A stretch of DNA of 63,311 nucleotides, counting the filler, from Octopus bimaculoides (lineage: Eukaryota): NCBI RefSeq assembly GCF_001194135.2. It is 6 parts of 6 records of this genome, joined end to end, with 100 filler letters (N's around TTAATTAATTAA, not from the genome) between each part and the next. Parts side by side here need not be neighbours in the genome. Positions count along the whole stretch, not along the records: positions 43,825 to 55,321 come from NC_068982.1; positions 55,422 to 60,692 come from NC_068986.1; positions 60,793 to 63,311 come from NC_068994.1; 3 more parts are not named here. One strand, given 5' to 3'. A program made the translations under genes and the position numbers. Under the pieces are notes generated by a model. The model worked only from the letters and a program-made list of their open reading frames with translations. It made no database searches and was not told the origin of the DNA. Of this stretch, positions 51,543 through 63,311 are shown piece after piece. The stretch's first letter is position 1; each line of letters opens with the position of its first letter.

Positions 51543-53525
51543 ACATGATGTGCTTCTTTCAGTTTCTTTCTATCAAATTCATTCACAAAGCTTTGGCTGG
51601 TCAGGAGTTATAAAAGAAACTTGGCCAACCGAGGCTCTTTAATGCAGAGTCACCGCAGTTTGTTCTTAAAAGAATTAGAAAAGACAGAATTAAGTTTCAG
51701 TTCGTATACTTGAAATATGCATAATCAGACAAGCAATTTTTGTAACGATATGTAAGATTGTTCTTCATATCAGACGTTATATATAGAATTATTTCTTATG
51801 TAGAATTTAGTTTTCAACTTTATTAGGTTCATTAAACCTTAGTTTCTAATCATGTCATGATTTTCATTGAAGAAATAATGCGCAATAGGTCCTTTCATTT
51901 ATTCAATTCATTCTATATTCCAGTCCTGTATTTTACTCATACTTGATATTACTTTTATCTGCAGATAAAGTCTGACTCCAGGACATTATAATCTTATCAA
52001 GCACTCTAACTAGCTTAATTATATTAGCTGTTCACTTCTCTGTTCATGATATTTCTGCAATACCTCTACACACCTTTCTATATAATGTGACTGACTACTT
52101 CATCTAGACATTTCACTGCTTATAAGCATACACCCTGGCACCTATGTTATAACAATTCTGTAACATGCCTGACTTTACTTCCTATGATATTCTGGGAGTT
52201 GAACATAATTAACTAAAAATAACAGTGAGATTGTTGATGACCATTGGATAGCATTAACACTTGACCATATTTTGTGTATTAGCAACACAACACATAGTAG
52301 TAACTTTCTATATGTATCTAATTAAAATGCGTACTTAAATATTACTCTATGCAAATAATATTTAAACATGCTCCATTTATAAAAGTCAAACAGTAAAGGT
52401 AAGAAGACGAATAAAAAATCTTGCAGTCTAAACGCAATTGTTACAGTTCATGTCCATATATATATATATGTATGCATATATATATTGTACTGGCTATTAT
52501 TTAGCTTCCCATTGAATAATTATAATGGCATACAGAGAAGAGACTTGCTGCATGAAGGACTACTGGTTACCCCTTTCAAAAAAAAACAAAAGTCCTTACA
52601 CAGATCAGGAACCAGCTTAGCAGCATTTTAGGTCCTCAGGCAAAATCAATGCATGGGGCCCTATAGTTCTTTTTATTTTATATTATTTATTATATTATCT
52701 ATTATATAAGCTGTTATATCTACATAAGAAATATTTATATTATCTTTTATATTATTTATTTTAAAAAATTTTTGTCAGCAAGTCACCTGAAACATTGAAT
52801 AGAATCATGCTCCTACAGATGTGATAACCCTGTACAACCGCCCAGTATGGTAATGCCTTAAAACAGCATTATCCCCTAGAGAGATACATTTTAGGTGCTA
52901 ATCTATGGTCTCACAATACATACACAAACCTTAACAATGCAAAATAAGAACAATTGGAATTTTAAAGATCTTATATAAATCTAAAAGAGGAAACCAAGAA
53001 GTTTTAATTAATTGGATATCAAAATTAAAAATGAAATGTTTCAACTCTAAAGATGACATTACTACTATTGAAATACCAGTAAAATCTAAATAGTTTGTAT
53101 AAACATCTTGATGTTGTGCTCTAGTAATTATGGTTCTGTAGTGATTATTAATTAACTTTTGTACTCTTCAGAAATGAATTATGTCCGACAGAATGTTAAC
53201 ATTTTAATTGATAGCTTCCTGCTATTTTATTTCAACATAATGGGAAAGATATGTGTGTGAGCCTCGATGAGTTGTAATAATAGTGAAACCAGTCAACATG
53301 GTTCTAGTCCCAAACAGCTGTAAATGCCCTCATGAGCTTAATTTTACAATGAAACTTAATACATATGGTTATGACTTTGCTTAATAATAATAATAATAAT
53401 AATGAGAGTGGCAAAATTTTTGTCTGTTGCCATCTAGGTTAATTTTAGTAACAAATCAAACAAGTAAGAGGCATTAAGAATTTCAATTTTATGGGACAAC
53501 ACAGTCAGTGGGGTATTAAATTGTA

Positions 53526-53652
53526 CTGGGTGTCCACAAAATATGGATACAAGGGGATTAACACATACTTTAAGAAATTATTATTTCTTATATTTAATTG
53601 TTTATGTCATGATTTTATTTACTCCATGTACCCAGACCTTGTGGACACCCTG
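53526..53652. mobile_element. Tc1/mariner-type MITE (127 bp)
   Basis: TA|ctgggtgtccacaa ... ttgtggacaccctg|TA. Confidence 0.75.
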
Positions 53653-54334
53653 TAGTTATGACTTTTTCAATAAAAGTTAACATTAACTTCCATTTAATGA
53701 ACATTTTCAAAGAATTAATGGATTAACAAAGTTAACTGTTTGGCTAATGGGTTAATGATTAACAGAATTAACTTCTCAATTAATGGTGCCCATCCCTGCA
53801 TATATATATATATANNNNNNNNNNNNNNNNNNNNNNNNNNNNNNNNNNNNNNNNNNNNNNNNNNNNNNNNNNNNNNNNNNNNNNNNNNNNNNNNNNNNNN
53901 NNNNNNNNNNNNNNNNNNNNNNNNNNNNNNNNNNNNNNNNNNNNNNNNNNNNNNNNNNNNNNNNNNNNNNNNNNNNNNNNNNNNNNNNNNNNNNNNNNNN
54001 NNNNNNNNNNNNNNNNNNNNNNNNNNNNNNNNNNNNNNNNNNNNNNNNNNNNNNNNNNNNNNNNNNNNNNNNNNNNNNNNNNNNNNNNNNNNNNNNNNNN
54101 NNNNNNNNNNNNNNNNNNNNNNNNNNNNNNNNNNNNNNNNNNNNNNNNNNNNNNNNNNNNNNNNNNNNNNNNNNNNNNNNNNNNNNNNNNNNNNNNNNNN
54201 NNNNNNNNNNNNNNNNNNNNNNNNNNNNNNNNNNNNNNNNNNNNNNNNNNNNNNNNNNNNNNNNNNNNNNNNNNNNNNNNNNNNNNNNNNNNNNNNNNNN
54301 NNNGTGTGTGTGTGTGGGTGTAAGTATATATATC

Positions 54335-54447
54335 ATCATCATCATCATCATCGTTTAACGTCCGCTTTCCATGCTGGCATGGGTTGGACGATTTGACTGA
54401 GGACTGGCAAAACAGATGGCTGCACCAGGCTCCAATCTGATCTGGCA
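54335..54447 (-). mobile_element. Short 3' terminus of the PHD-RTE family
   Basis: Near-identical to 22417-22520; further fragments at 55271-55321, 25430-25520 and 44230-44310. Confidence 0.85.
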
Positions 54448-54791
54448 ATACAAAATAGATATGCTAGGTAACTGCTATGGATTTATGCAGGATTGCACCT
54501 AAGGACTTATGGACTTATTTCTACAAGATCAAGAAGCTGAACTGTGAAATTTTATGCTTCTTTTTTCTTCTCTTTCTTCATCTCTTTATTCCTATATTCT
54601 TGTCCTCTACGTCGTCATTTCATTAATCTATACTCTTTTCATTTTCCATACTTGTCTCTGATGATGGAATATCTCATACTCTGGGATATCCCAGAAACAG
54701 CTGTAAGACTTTGGATCATTTTCCAATATTAATAATGTTTATGACTTGAGATGTTTGCCTTGCTTTAACGTTTGTTGTCGTCTTTAACAAT

Positions 54792-54822
<31 letters not shown>

Positions 54823-55228
54823 ATTATGTATGTATAGCAGACAAATAGGAATGGACAGCTGCAAATATTTCTACACACATTTCAACAACATAGTTATTTA
54901 TTTAAATATATATAATACATTACAGAATATTAGATAATTCAGTATTATTTGGATCATTAGACAACTGTTTAACTATGTATGGACTATTATTCAGAGCAAT
55001 TGAATGAACTGGGATATCTAATTATTCTTTTGAAGTAAACTGTTAGCATAATATACATGTAGGTGCTTCTAAATAAATTTGGCAAGACATTTGGGATTTC
55101 TGTTACATTATATATATATATATATATATATACATACACTCTCTCTTTCCTTTCCTGAGCGTCCAATAATACTATCCATATCACGTCCTCACTTAGTTGT
55201 TTTTTTGTTTTTTTGTTATTGTTTTTTT

Positions 55229-55265
<37 letters not shown>

Positions 55266-55321
55266 ATATATCATCATCATCATCAGCATCATCGTCGTTT
55301 GACGTCCGCTTTCCATGCTAG

Positions 55322-55421
55322 NNNNNNNNNNNNNNNNNNNNNNNNNNNNNNNNNNNNNNNNNNNNTTAATTAATTAANNNNNNNNNNNNNNNNNNNNNNN
55401 NNNNNNNNNNNNNNNNNNNNN
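55322..55421. other. Artificial scaffold spacer
   Basis: 44N + TTAATTAATTAA (55366-55377) + 44N. Confidence 0.95.
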
Positions 55422-55614
55422 CATAACAAAACACCAGGACTTACAAATATATATAACATACAGAAAATTGCACTACTGGGTACTGCACACATTCTACGCA
55501 AAACACTTTCAATACAGTAAACATAAGAGCACCACAGCAAACCACAGCACATACCCAAGGCGCACAGAGCTGCGCTCGGTAGTGAAGTGAAAGTACGTTA
55601 TAAAAATAAAACTA

Positions 55615-55684
<70 letters not shown>
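55422..55684 (+). mobile_element. RLE-type non-LTR (R4/Dong-like) 3' end 4 with (TAA)n tail
   Basis: KTPGLTNIYNIQKIALLGTAHILRKTLSIQ*, then a ~100-bp 3'UTR and about 22 (AAT) units. Confidence 0.85.
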
Positions 55685-55686
<2 letters not shown>

Positions 55687-56124
55687 CCTCCTGCAAACGT
55701 TGTTGTCGCTGCTACAGTTTGTCAGTATACTCAACGGACGTTTCTTACAGATAGTCAATGCAAATAAGAAATATATCTTTAAGAGTCCGCGTACACATAC
55801 TGTATGTACTTCGAATGAATTCGATATATCAGCTGAGAGGATTATCTTGCATTTGTTTTAATGTAACTAGCGTTGTTGTTTCAACATCCTTTCTTTTAGT
55901 TTTTGTTTTTTTGTTGTTGCTGTTTTCTTTTTTTTTGCAATCATATAAAAAGTAAAGCTTTATCATTAACAATTGAAACAGTAGCAAGAACCAGTTATAT
56001 AAATGTATATATTATTCATTTCCTAAAACAAAATGAAATTACAGCTGATTTCTCCAGCACAGTGAATGTATGAATACTTGTTTATAGTAAGAATATTAAT
56101 TTTATTTAGTCTCTCTGTTTTTCT

Positions 56125-56350
56125 ACTCTCTTTTACTTGTTTCAGTCATTTGACTGCGGCCATGCTGGAGCACCGCCTTTATAGTCGAACAAATCGATCC
56201 CAGAGCTTATTTTTTGTAAGCTTAGTTCTTATTCTATCGGTCTCTTTTGCCGAACCGCTAAGTTACGGGGACGTAAACACACCAGCATCGTTTGTCAAGC
56301 GATGGTTGGGGGGGGGGGGCAAAGAGACACACAAACATATACACACAGTC
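56125..56350 (-). mobile_element. SINE family A 3' half
   Basis: Near-identical to 24830-25030. Confidence 0.88.
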
Positions 56351-57007
56351 TAGAATTGTCTGTATATTGTTCCAGACAAAAATACCTTTTAACTACTTTA
56401 CATTGGTTTCAAATGTTGGCACAAGGACAGCAAATTCGATNNNNNNNNNNNNNNNNNNNNNNNNNNNNNNNNNNNNNNNNNNNNNNNNNNNNNNNNNNNN
56501 NNNNNNNNNNNNNNNNNNNNNNNNNNNNNNNNNNNNNNNNNNNNNNNNNNNNNNNNNNNNNNNNNNNNNNNNNNNNNNNNNNNNNNNNNNNNNNNNNNNN
56601 NNNNNNNNNNNNNNNNNNNNNNNNNNNNNNNNNNNNNNNNNNNNNNNNNNNNNNNNNNNNNNNNNNNNNNNNNNNNNNNNNNNNNNNNNNNNNNNNNNNN
56701 NNNNNNNNNNNNNNNNNNNNNNNNNNNNNNNNNNNNNNNNNNNNNNNNNNNNNNNNNNNNNNNNNNNNNNNNNNNNNNNNNNNNNNNNNNNNNNNNNNNN
56801 NNNNNNNNNNNNNNNNNNNNNNNNNNNNNNNNNNNNNNNNNNNNNNNNNNNNNNNNNNNNNNNNNNNNNNNNNNNNNNNNNNNNNNNNNNNNNNNNNNNT
56901 TAATAGCTCCATCTTTTACTCTTTTTGTCACTAATATAAAATAACATACTATCACAAGATTCTCATTTTTGGTACTGCTCTTTTTTTTTCAGCTTTTTTC
57001 TTTCCAG

Positions 57008-57175
57008 TTGGTGAGTTCTTTTCATCTCATGAGCAGACTTCTAACAAAGGGCGTGAAATATTTCTATCCAACACAAACTCCGTTGTCATAAAACAATGGA
57101 TCTAAATCAGGCTTTGTTGGTTTTAAATCTGACTTCAGTAAAGCCATCCTCATTTCAAGAAGCGAGATTCAATCA
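57008..57175 (+). other. Candidate exon (5'UTR plus ATG at 57096, MDLNQALLVLNLTSVKPSSFQEARFN) and/or microexon at its 5' end
   Basis: Long polypyrimidine tract with ttccag acceptor (57007), aaacaATGg Kozak context and donor TCA|gtaagt (57176); an additional gtgagt at 57011. Confidence 0.35.
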
Positions 57176-58899
57176 GTAAGTATAATCATGTGATAGTTTG
57201 ATTTCGAGCACGTCTCAGTTCCTGAACTGCCTCCTAGTGATGCAGCATCTCCTCAGGAGTCGTTCAGAATTGCGCGCTAGGTTTGTTGTTTTGGGGGTTT
57301 TCTTTATTCGAAAAAAAAAAATGGAAATTATAATGGTTCCCGATTGGTGTTAACGTTTATTTTAAACAACACTGAAACATTATTTTAAATAAATTCACTC
57401 CGAAAACAAATTTGGAGCTTGACGCCCTTATAAACCTACCTACGCTTTACAATCTCGACATAAATTCTATAAGATATTGATTTCCATTGCTGTTGTAATG
57501 CTACAAGTTTGCAGGTGGAAATGGAGACAATTAAATCATCATAATACATTATTCATCTTTATCTTATCGACTCGGAGGGATGAAAGGTAAACTTGTAACT
57601 GGTATTATTTGAACTCAAGATACAAAGAGACAGAACTAAATAACTCAGCACTTTACTGTTTTTCGACTCAACGTCGTTATTGATTAAAATAAATATTTCT
57701 TATAGAAATACAAAGATTCACATTTGTAGAAGAGGAATATCGTCTATACTTGAACTAGGGTAGAGAGAGACAACACGTGCCACTCAATAAAGATAAGAAG
57801 AGAAACGAAAAGTGAGACGAGAAAAGGAACAAACTAAATATGCGAGGGGGGATGAAGCACCCCGGAAATCCTTCAGGTTTCCTTTAAACCAGTACAACTT
57901 GTAACATGGTCATGGAGTTGGTGACTAAGCCGGCACTCCTACTGAAGTGGGCTATTAGAAACCAGCAGAACAAAACCAAGACTTTTCAAAAGGAAGGATG
58001 AGCCCAGTATATATAGAGTCAACAGCAATCTGGTAATGGTGCACAATTAAGCCACTGAGAGTGATAGGTAGTCCGTTGCTCATTAGCTGTCATAAAGACA
58101 GTTTCTTTAAGAGAAAGTCACTTTGAATAAAAGATATTGCTGCTTAAGTGAATATATTATTTAATTTGCATTCAAATATAATACCTATTAACCTAGCACA
58201 TGCTTTGTTTCTTGCGATTTTACGTATGGTCAATTAATTCAGTAATAAACAGATATGTAGAAACTTTTTTATTGTAAAATACATGTTTATAATTCGTTTG
58301 TTTTTTTTTTTTTCATCTTTCTATTATAAATGAAACCTTCAATACCATGTTTAATAAAAATTTCAATTTTGTTACTTTAAAAATCCTATCTTTATATTTC
58401 TATATTTTACTTCACACATTTTCTTGTAATTCTAAATTGTTAACAGAAGCAATCCTAAGCGAAATGTATTTAGTTTAACAAGAGCGCTTCATGTCCTACA
58501 GTTTGGTGCTTTAATGGAAATAAGCATGCAATAGGAAATTGATCATGAGGGTAACATGAACGTGTCAGTTAAACTTCAGCACTGTCCTTGAGACTTGCTG
58601 GTGGTTATAGAAAAAAGAAAATCACTGGAAATTGAAGAGACATGAATTGAAACAGCACCTTTGGTAGGAAAGCGCGTGAAATTAAGACATTTCCCTTGAC
58701 ACACACGACGATAACGGCGACTCCGATAAGATAGAGTGAAGTTGTTTTGATAGTTGACTATATACTATTTCTGTTTGGATGCCTTTAAGTTTTGTTGCAA
58801 TATAATTTTGTGAGGGGAGCACAAAATTAAACAAATGAAATATAAAATTCAAATTTTTTAATAATTTTCATAAAATGTGTGTACGCGCACACAAACGCT

Positions 58900-58963
<64 letters not shown>

Positions 58964-60014
58964 ATTGAGATTCAGTTGAATTAGGTACTTAAGATGAAGC
59001 ATCAAGTCAGTCCGGTGTTATCCGCACAGCTCGAAGCTACGCCGATGATTCAAAATTTTAACAGAGGAAGAAGATGGAAATTCATGTCGCTATTGTAGCT
59101 AAGAATAGACTACACTTCCAAGAATCGTATGAAACCTATTGGGGTTCATAGTTTTGTAAGGGATTGTAATTCCTTTCTAATTCATTTATCTTTTTATCAG
59201 CTACTAAAACTATGACTAGAAGACTGTGTCTATTTGGAATAAAGGACAAGAGTGAGTTGTCAGCTCATGGCTAGGTATGGTCATAAATATTATCATATGT
59301 ATCCTTTTCGTCAAGGAGGAAAGAAGACGTTAAGAGTAGTGAACTGGATATAAGTAGCTATCTATAAGAAGAGGCTGGGTGGGGGAAAACTTTAAATCAT
59401 GATGTTAATTACCAGTTAAAGGGGTAAGACACTAGGAAACCTAAGATGTTAATACAGAGGAAATTTTATTTGGGGGCACAATGGATGATTGTCTATAAAC
59501 AATCTTGTTATGTTGTATCAAAATAAAATTTAAGATTTTCAAAATTGATATCATAACCAAAATGGATAAAATGTGTGTATATAACAATTATAAACATTAA
59601 AAAGGAAAGATTACACAGAATCAGTTTAATATTCATTCATGTACTTAATTAATCATTAGGTGATTTCTACAAAGACTGCTCAGGGCATTTACTTATGGAA
59701 TAACTGGAAAGATATACATGCTATCTATTAATTTTAAGCCATGAATCAGAAAATAGTAAAGTTGCATACATATATACACACATTTATATTATTTTGATAT
59801 ATATATCTAAGAATAGACGACACTACTAAGAATCGCATGAAGCCATTGGGGTCATAGATTGTAAAGGATCGTGATTAATTTCTAATTCATTTATCTCTTT
59901 ATATATCTCTTCTAATTCATTTATCTCTTTATTTATCTCTTCGTGCGATTCTTGAAAGTGTCGTCTATTCTTAGCTACAATAGCAACAACTTGAATTTCC
60001 ATCTTCTTCCTCTG

Positions 60015-60692
60015 TTAAAATTTTGTATCATCGGCGTAGCTAGTGATAGTCGCTGTCTGAGTGTCCATGGGCATGTCTAAGAGAGCTATTACAAATAAAC
60101 AATAGAGGCCCCAAAACACTTCCCTGGGGGACACCACTTAGAATTTGAGTTTCCTCAGAAAGAGTACCATTGGCTACAACTGCCTGACTTCTGTCTTTAA
60201 GGAAGTCATGAGGTCACTCTCCGTTTACCAGCAATGCCAAGGTCGCGCAGTTTGACGTATCATACAATGATCTGCCTTATCAAGGGCCTTTGTGAATTCA
60301 AGATATATCTCACTGATATCTGAATGGTCAAGCAGCTGTTTCAAAACCCAGTCATAGTGTTGTAAGAGCAGCTTCTTCCTGGACGGAAGCCATGCTTTGT
60401 GTTGTTTAATAAGTCATTTTCTTCTATGTACGTTATCAGTTTCTCTCTGAAAACTCGTTCCATGACTTTATTGATAGGCGAAGCGAGAGTGTTTGGCCTG
60501 TAGTTTTTGGCCTCTGCTCTGTTCTGCTCTCACTCTTGTGGATAGGGCATATAATGCATTCTTTTAGCTTTTTAGGAAGTTTACCACTTGCAAGAAAACT
60601 CAGGAAAAGTATCTGAAGTGGTTTTGCTAAAGCCTGCTGACACGACTTCAGGAGATTAGCTGGAAAGCCATCGGGACAAGTTGCTGAGTTTG
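60015..60692 (-). mobile_element. Degenerate CR1/L2-group LINE reverse transcriptase
   Basis: CPDGFPANLLK...ICPIHK...KNYRP...KVMER...HGFRPGRSC...IYLEFTKALDK...SGVPQGSVLGPLLF...TSYADDTK, with frameshifts. Confidence 0.88.
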
Positions 60693-60792
60693 NNNNNNNN
60701 NNNNNNNNNNNNNNNNNNNNNNNNNNNNNNNNNNNNTTAATTAATTAANNNNNNNNNNNNNNNNNNNNNNNNNNNNNNNNNNNNNNNNNNNN
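60693..60792. other. Artificial scaffold spacer
   Basis: 44N + TTAATTAATTAA (60737-60748) + 44N. Confidence 0.95.
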
Positions 60793-61239
60793 CCACCACC
60801 ACCACCACGAAATGTCAGGTTTTTTTATTATTTTTTCATTTCTCCTTAAGTTTCTAAATGTCACAGTCGTTGATAACAGGGAGAATGATGCAGTTGTGTG
60901 TTTTGAAGTGTTCCAGACACAAGTATTTATCCAAACCATAACTTTCATGTTAAATGTTATCCTGATGTAGAGTGTAACAGCTGGTTTTGTTGTTGGTGTC
61001 GTGGTTGTTGTTGTTGTTGTTGTTGTTGTTGCAGTTGATGTTGTTGCTGCTGCTGTCTACCCTATATTATTCAAACTGTTCTCTTCAATCATTTGCCTCT
61101 GTAAATTTGCCGAACTATTCGACTCTCAACACTGGATATGTAAAGGACAGAGATGTAAGATTGTATGCACACGTGTATCTACGTACGCGGATTGCCGAAA
61201 AGTTCTTGGTTTTAGGTAAAAGAAAATACAGGAGGATCA

Positions 61240-61355
61240 GTTAATTATGATCTTATTCAACACATTCCCCTCGGAAAGAACTCGGAGGGTTTGGCCTCCG
61301 ACCAGACCTTTCGCGACGCCCTTAAACCCAGAAACTTTCCAGCACCCCTTCGTAT
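61240..61355 (-). mobile_element. Mariner-derived non-autonomous element (same family as 8853-9050)
   Basis: TIR-like tacgaaggggtgctggaaagtt on the minus strand; body matches 8875-9015. Confidence 0.65.
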
Positions 61356-61834
61356 GTATGTATGTATGTATGTATGTATGTATGTATGTATGTATGCATA
61401 AAAATGTATGTGTGTGTGTGTGTGCCTGTGTACAATATGATATTGACTTGTGAATCTTTGACAAACATGATAGCATACTTTATGGTTGCAAACGAAATAG
61501 CGTCCTTGTTAGCAATTAATATGTACAGACCAGTTGCCAGGAATGTGTTTAATATATAAATCAGTGTATCCAGTTGTGTTACATAGCTAAACTATTCGGT
61601 ATTTAAGCAATGCGTTCGTGGATAGTTCATGGAATCTGATGTGATGCTGATGAAAGAGCAATAATTCTTGAAATATGCACATACACCCATTACCTAATTT
61701 TACTATCTTCGATCGCATTAGACGTATCATAAACGTATTTGTAGCAAAATCCTCATTTTCACAATTTTTCTGTTTCGCTTTATGGAACTCGTATGTTTTC
61801 GAAGATCGAAATCCCTGTCAGGCCTGCGGATAAT

Positions 61835-62348
61835 CCGAAAACATCAACCACTATACCTTCCGGATTGTTTTGAATTTCTTCGGATGCCTTTTGGCCTATG
61901 TAACGTCGTGCAGACGGTCCCGTGTTCTATCGGTTCTGTGATACGGGGGTTATGTGTTTATCTGTTATTTACTGGTTGCAAGTAATTCCGAAAAAGAAAA
62001 CGAAAGCATCTGCATCTGTTTTTCCAACGATTGACTGAATGCGGCATCGTTATTAAATCCAGCAAATGTGTATTCGGAGTTACAGCTTTTCATTCCTCGG
62101 CAGGGTCGGCTCAGGGTACCGGTAACTCGGGCAGTCGCCTGGGGCGCCAAGTTCCAGGGCGTGACAAGGATAAGGCAATTTCCGCAGCTTGTACACGCCA
62201 AAGTTCAGCTTGCCCGGGGCGCCAGCAACCCTAGGGCCAGCCCTGTTCCTCGGACACTATCATCGACAAGGAAGGAATCTGCCCATTCCTCGAGAAAGTG
62301 AAGACCATTGTAAATTTTCCATCACCTACATCGCTGCAGAAACTATGT
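61835..62348 (+). mobile_element. Ty3/Gypsy reverse transcriptase remnant
   Basis: GLFEFLRMPFGLCNVVQT...QRLTECGIVIKSSKCVFGVT..SFLG|H...EKVKTIVNFPSPTSLQKL; the YxDD region is degenerate. Confidence 0.88.
62101..62245. mobile_element. hAT-type MITE (145 bp) nested in the Gypsy RT
   Basis: Perfect 8-bp TSD TTCCTCGG at 62093-62100 and 62246-62253; TIRs cagggtcggctcagggt / accctagggccagccctg. Confidence 0.92.
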
Positions 62349-62354
62349 AAATAA

Positions 62355-62752
62355 AGGCGGCGAGATGGCAGAAACGTTAGCACGCCGGGCGAAATGCTTA
62401 GCGGTATTTCGTCAGCCGCTACGTTCTGAGTTCAAATTCCGCCGAGGTCGACTTTGCCTTTTATCCTTTCGGAGTCGATGAAATAAATACCAGTTATGCA
62501 CTGGGGTCGCTATAATCGACTTAACCCCTTTGTCTGTCCTTGTTTGTCCCCTCTGTGTTTAGCCCCTTGTGGGCAATAAAGAAATAGGAAACGTTAGCAC
62601 GCCGGGCGAAATGCTTAGCGGTATTTCGTCTGCAGCTACGTTCTGAGTTCAAATTCCGCCGAGGTCGATTAAAATAAGTACCAGTTACGCACTGGGGTCG
62701 ATATAATTGACATAATCCGTTTGTCTGTCCTTGTTTGTCCCCTCTGTGTGTA
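62355..62752 (+). mobile_element. Head-to-tail dimer of SINE family B
   Basis: Complete copy at 62355-62590, followed directly by a second, 5'-clipped and internally deleted copy. Confidence 0.9.
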
Positions 62753-63311
62753 GCGCCCCTAAATGGATCATAGACCACTCGTATACACGTATAACACAAA
62801 ACCCAATCGCGACTCATCTAGACTGATCTAGAGAAATTCACCGCTTTAGCTTTATATCTCAGTATACCGCAGACGTATTCCGCATCAAGCCTAGTACTGA
62901 TTCTGTCCGTCACTTTTGTCCAACCGCTACGTTACGGCGACGTAAACACACCAACACCGGTTGTCAAGCGATGGTGAGGTTCAAACCCAGGCACAAAGAC
63001 ATACATATATAGATATATACATATCTATCTATCTGTCTATCTATTCTCATACACGCATACATATTTCTATAGCTATACACATACGCGTGTGTGCGTGTAT
63101 ATGTGTGCGTGTATATGTGTGCGTGTATATGTGTGTGTGTGCGCGTGCTAAACGTCATGACTAGGAAGAGAAGATAAGGAAACAGGAAAGATGAAGCAGG
63201 TAGAGGTATGTTCTCCCCCCTCACCTTCCACCCCTCGCTCTTTATTTCAGCACCACAACCCCACCCCACGCCCCTCCGTCGGCCTTGTCTATACCCTCCG
63301 CCCCACCAGCT

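Overview
AT-rich, microsatellite-saturated eukaryotic genomic DNA. The tRNA-derived SINE families, RTE/RLE LINE remnants and repeat style point to an octopus (coleoid cephalopod) draft assembly; this is an inference, not a database match. The window is not one contiguous contig: five artificial 100-bp spacers (44 N + TTAATTAATTAA + 44 N) divide it into six segments (1-19920, 20021-30499, 30600-43724, 43825-55321, 55422-60692, 60793-63311), and there are many other N gaps. Only one host coding exon is confidently recognisable: a 131-bp minus-strand RhoGAP exon of a DLC1/STARD13 (cv-c)-family gene at 28159-28289. The rest is mostly transposon debris: RTE LINEs (one family has a PHD finger inside ORF2), a CR1-type RT, four RLE (R4/Dong-like) 3' ends, a Naiad-type Penelope GIY-YIG fragment, a Gypsy RT, and piggyBac, maT (DD37D), mariner and hAT remnants, plus several MITEs and about 30 SINE copies. 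Nearly all long ORFs in the track are microsatellite or N artefacts. I found no evidence of a new multi-gene system. The most unusual items are a fold-back element with a head-to-head telomeric core, a candidate SRRM-type microexon, a candidate recursive splice site, a minisatellite built from NF-kB/STAT-like sites, promoter-like E2F/YY1/ETS islands with candidate first exons, and an inverted duplication with a flipped internal segment.
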